The notes below the pieces were generated by a model. It had not been told where the DNA came from, did no database searches, and saw only the letters and a list, made by a program, of their open reading frames with translations. Positions 62,044 through 64,000 of a stretch of 64,000 bases of DNA are shown piece after piece; the stretch's first letter is position 1, and each line of letters begins with the position of its first letter. This stretch comes from Squalus acanthias. Lineage: Eukaryota. The translations under genes were made by a program, and so were the position numbers. Location: the NCBI GenBank assembly GCA_030390025.1, contig CM059432.1, positions 3,596,001-3,660,000 of the forward strand. Reading direction: 5' to 3'.

Positions 62044-62238
62044 CTGATGTTTGGCTGAGTTCCAATCAAACTGGTTGAGGGCCTGATCCAAAGGAGCAGT
62101 GTAGCAGTAGGATGTTAACCTGCTACCTAAGGACGATCAGTATTGGTTCTTACTCAAGCTATGCAAGCCTGGTGCCTGCAGTACAAAGTCGGGAATTTTA
62201 ACCCCCATGGTTGTGTAGGTGAGCAGTTAAAAAATAAA

Positions 62239-62980
62239 GGCCCAAAAATGAGTGCCGCTACGCGAGAGTACGCACTGTGTACTCTCGCGTATTCTCTCTC
62301 CAATTGCCGGTTTTCTGCATGCACTGCGCATGCGCTGAAAACCGGCACTTGGTGATTTCAAAAGGGGGCGGTTCCTAAGTGAACCGCGTGCGTGCTACAG
62401 GCTGCGCGCACACAGTGCACTTAGTGCTTTGAACGCGCAGGTAAGTATGGAAGATTTTGGACATAAAGAAAGGAGGCGTAAGACCCTCTTTTAACAAGGT
62501 AAGTAGTTAATTAAGTATTATTTTGAATTTTTTTCAACAGGTATATCTTTTTTAGAGACTTTAAAGAAAGGTAAGTTTATTTTTATAACTTTTTAAAAGA
62601 TTTTAAATTTTTTCAAAAATTTAATTTTTTGTTTAAAATGGTTAATTTATTTAACTATACTTATTTTATTAATGTGATGTTTTTTTTTTAAATTTAATTG
62701 AGGTTTAGCTGTTCTTTTGGGGGGGTATAGATTCATAGCTTTCACAGCACTTGTGTGAAAGCTATGAATGAAAGATGGTGTGCTGCCATTGGCTCTAACT
62801 GAGTCACGTGATCCCACAGCTCGCACGAATTAACTACGCCTGTGGGATACGGAAGCCCTGCACAGCTGCTGTCCAGAACATCAAGTTCGTGCGAGCTGGA
62901 AATGAAAAAGCCAGCGCGCAGTGAGATATCACGGGGAAGCCTTACCCTCGCACGAAGGCTCCCTCACTAATTTTTGGGCC
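62239..62980. mobile_element. TIR element (MITE-like, family H3) with AT-rich core and internal hairpins
   Basis: 16-bp TIR GGCCCAAAAAT(G/T)AGTG; no clear TSD. Confidence 0.65.
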
Positions 62981-63039
62981 ACTCTTGGAGGCGGGTCAGT
63001 CATTTTCATATTTTAATGAGGCTGCTTGCCTCAACTTTA

Positions 63040-63856
63040 GGGCTGGATTTTGTCAATGGAAGCTTTTGGAGGCAGGACTGCAGCTTGCCGGCTTTCAGTC
63101 CCGCCTCCATCAGCCTCCATCAGCTTCTGGCCAACCAGCGGGATTTTCCCCTGATTGACCTTGTTAAGCCCGCCCAGCGGGCTCAGCAGACCAATTAGGG
63201 GGAAGTCACTGACAGAGCACGTCAACGTCTGACGTGCCATCTGTCAAGATTTTTTGAAAGAAGTAAAGTCAGCGTTTGACAGCTCTGTGAAGCTGTCAAA
63301 CACTGACATTCTGTGTAGTTTGATGAGTCCTTGTAGTTCAGGACTTATCAACCCTTTCAACTTTGCAGAAATCACCTGGCTGCTGGTTCAGAGGATCCAA
63401 CAGCCAGTCTGTGAAATCTACAATGGAGATGTCGGGACTCCGGCTTCTCAGCGGCTGAAGGCTGTAGGCAGAAACAAAGGTAAGTGAACATTTTCTAACA
63501 CTTTACACTCACCTTACATACTTACCACTCCACACTTGCACCCATCACTCACCTCTACATCTCACTTTCAGACCCCTCCGACCCCCGCAGACCTCCTACA
63601 CATCTCCTCCGCTCTGGCGGGATTCCCCGAGGTCGGGAAGCCTGCACTTGGGAAGGTAAAATGGGAATAATCCTATTTTCTGCCTGTTAACTACCTGTTA
63701 ACAGACAGTTAATAGGATTTAATCCCCTTCCCGCCTCGAGGAGATGGGACCCAGGACAGGATGGCTTCCCGCCTTGTCACCCGCCCCCAAATTCTGCAAC
63801 TTTACTGGTAGTCCCGCCTCCATACCCGCCTCCTCGGGGCTGAAAAAATCCAGCCC
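63040..63856 (-). mobile_element. PIF/Harbinger-type TIR element, H2-related, inverted
   Basis: 12-bp TIR GGGCTGGATTTT/AAAATCCAGCCC; TSD TTA (63037-63039, 63857-63859); diverged reverse-complement similarity to 56184-57020. Confidence 0.82.
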
Positions 63857-63892
63857 TTAACCTCTGTTTCGCATTTAACTCCTGAAGGAAAG

Positions 63893-64000
63893 ATATACCT
63901 GCCTTAGAGGTGGTGCAACGAAGGTTCACTAGATTGATCCCTGGGATGAGAGGGTTGTCCTATGAGGAGAGATTGAGTAGATTGGGCCTAAACTCTCTAG
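63893..64000 (+). mobile_element. CR1 fragment, runs off window end
   Basis: ALEVVQRRFTRLIPGMRGLSYEERLSRLGL. Confidence 0.8.

Noticed and set aside
1..64000. CRISPR array, rRNA, prokaryotic operon or recognisable host gene
   Set aside because: No regularly spaced repeat-spacer array, no rRNA motifs, and no non-transposon ORF I can identify. Small exons cannot be excluded without transcript data.

Overview
Repeat-saturated eukaryotic DNA. The repeat families (Deu-domain tRNA-SINEs resembling shark SacSINE1, several CR1 subfamilies, L2) suggest a cartilaginous fish; the taxon is my inference. I recognise no host protein-coding gene: every interpretable ORF is transposon-derived and the rest look like noise. 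Main contents: (1) a decayed but fully delimited Gypsy LTR retrotransposon (5951-11898; 5-bp TSD ACCAG, tRNA-Ser PBS, gag/PR/RT/RH, integrase core lost) inside a SINE and itself hit by four younger elements; (2) two families of Penelope-like element (PLE) ends carrying minimal hammerhead-ribozyme motifs, two of them inserted as long hairpins with about 14-bp TSDs (7209-7442, 51136-51587); (3) several PIF/Harbinger-type non-autonomous TIR elements, most with 3-bp TSDs, including an inverted pair at 2332-3224 and 14724-15617; (4) many nested CR1, L2 and SINE fragments, including SINE/LINE pairs with shared tails. The most notable signal is the hammerhead-bearing PLE system, with compensatory base changes visible between copies in this window. 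Boundaries of degraded fragments are approximate.
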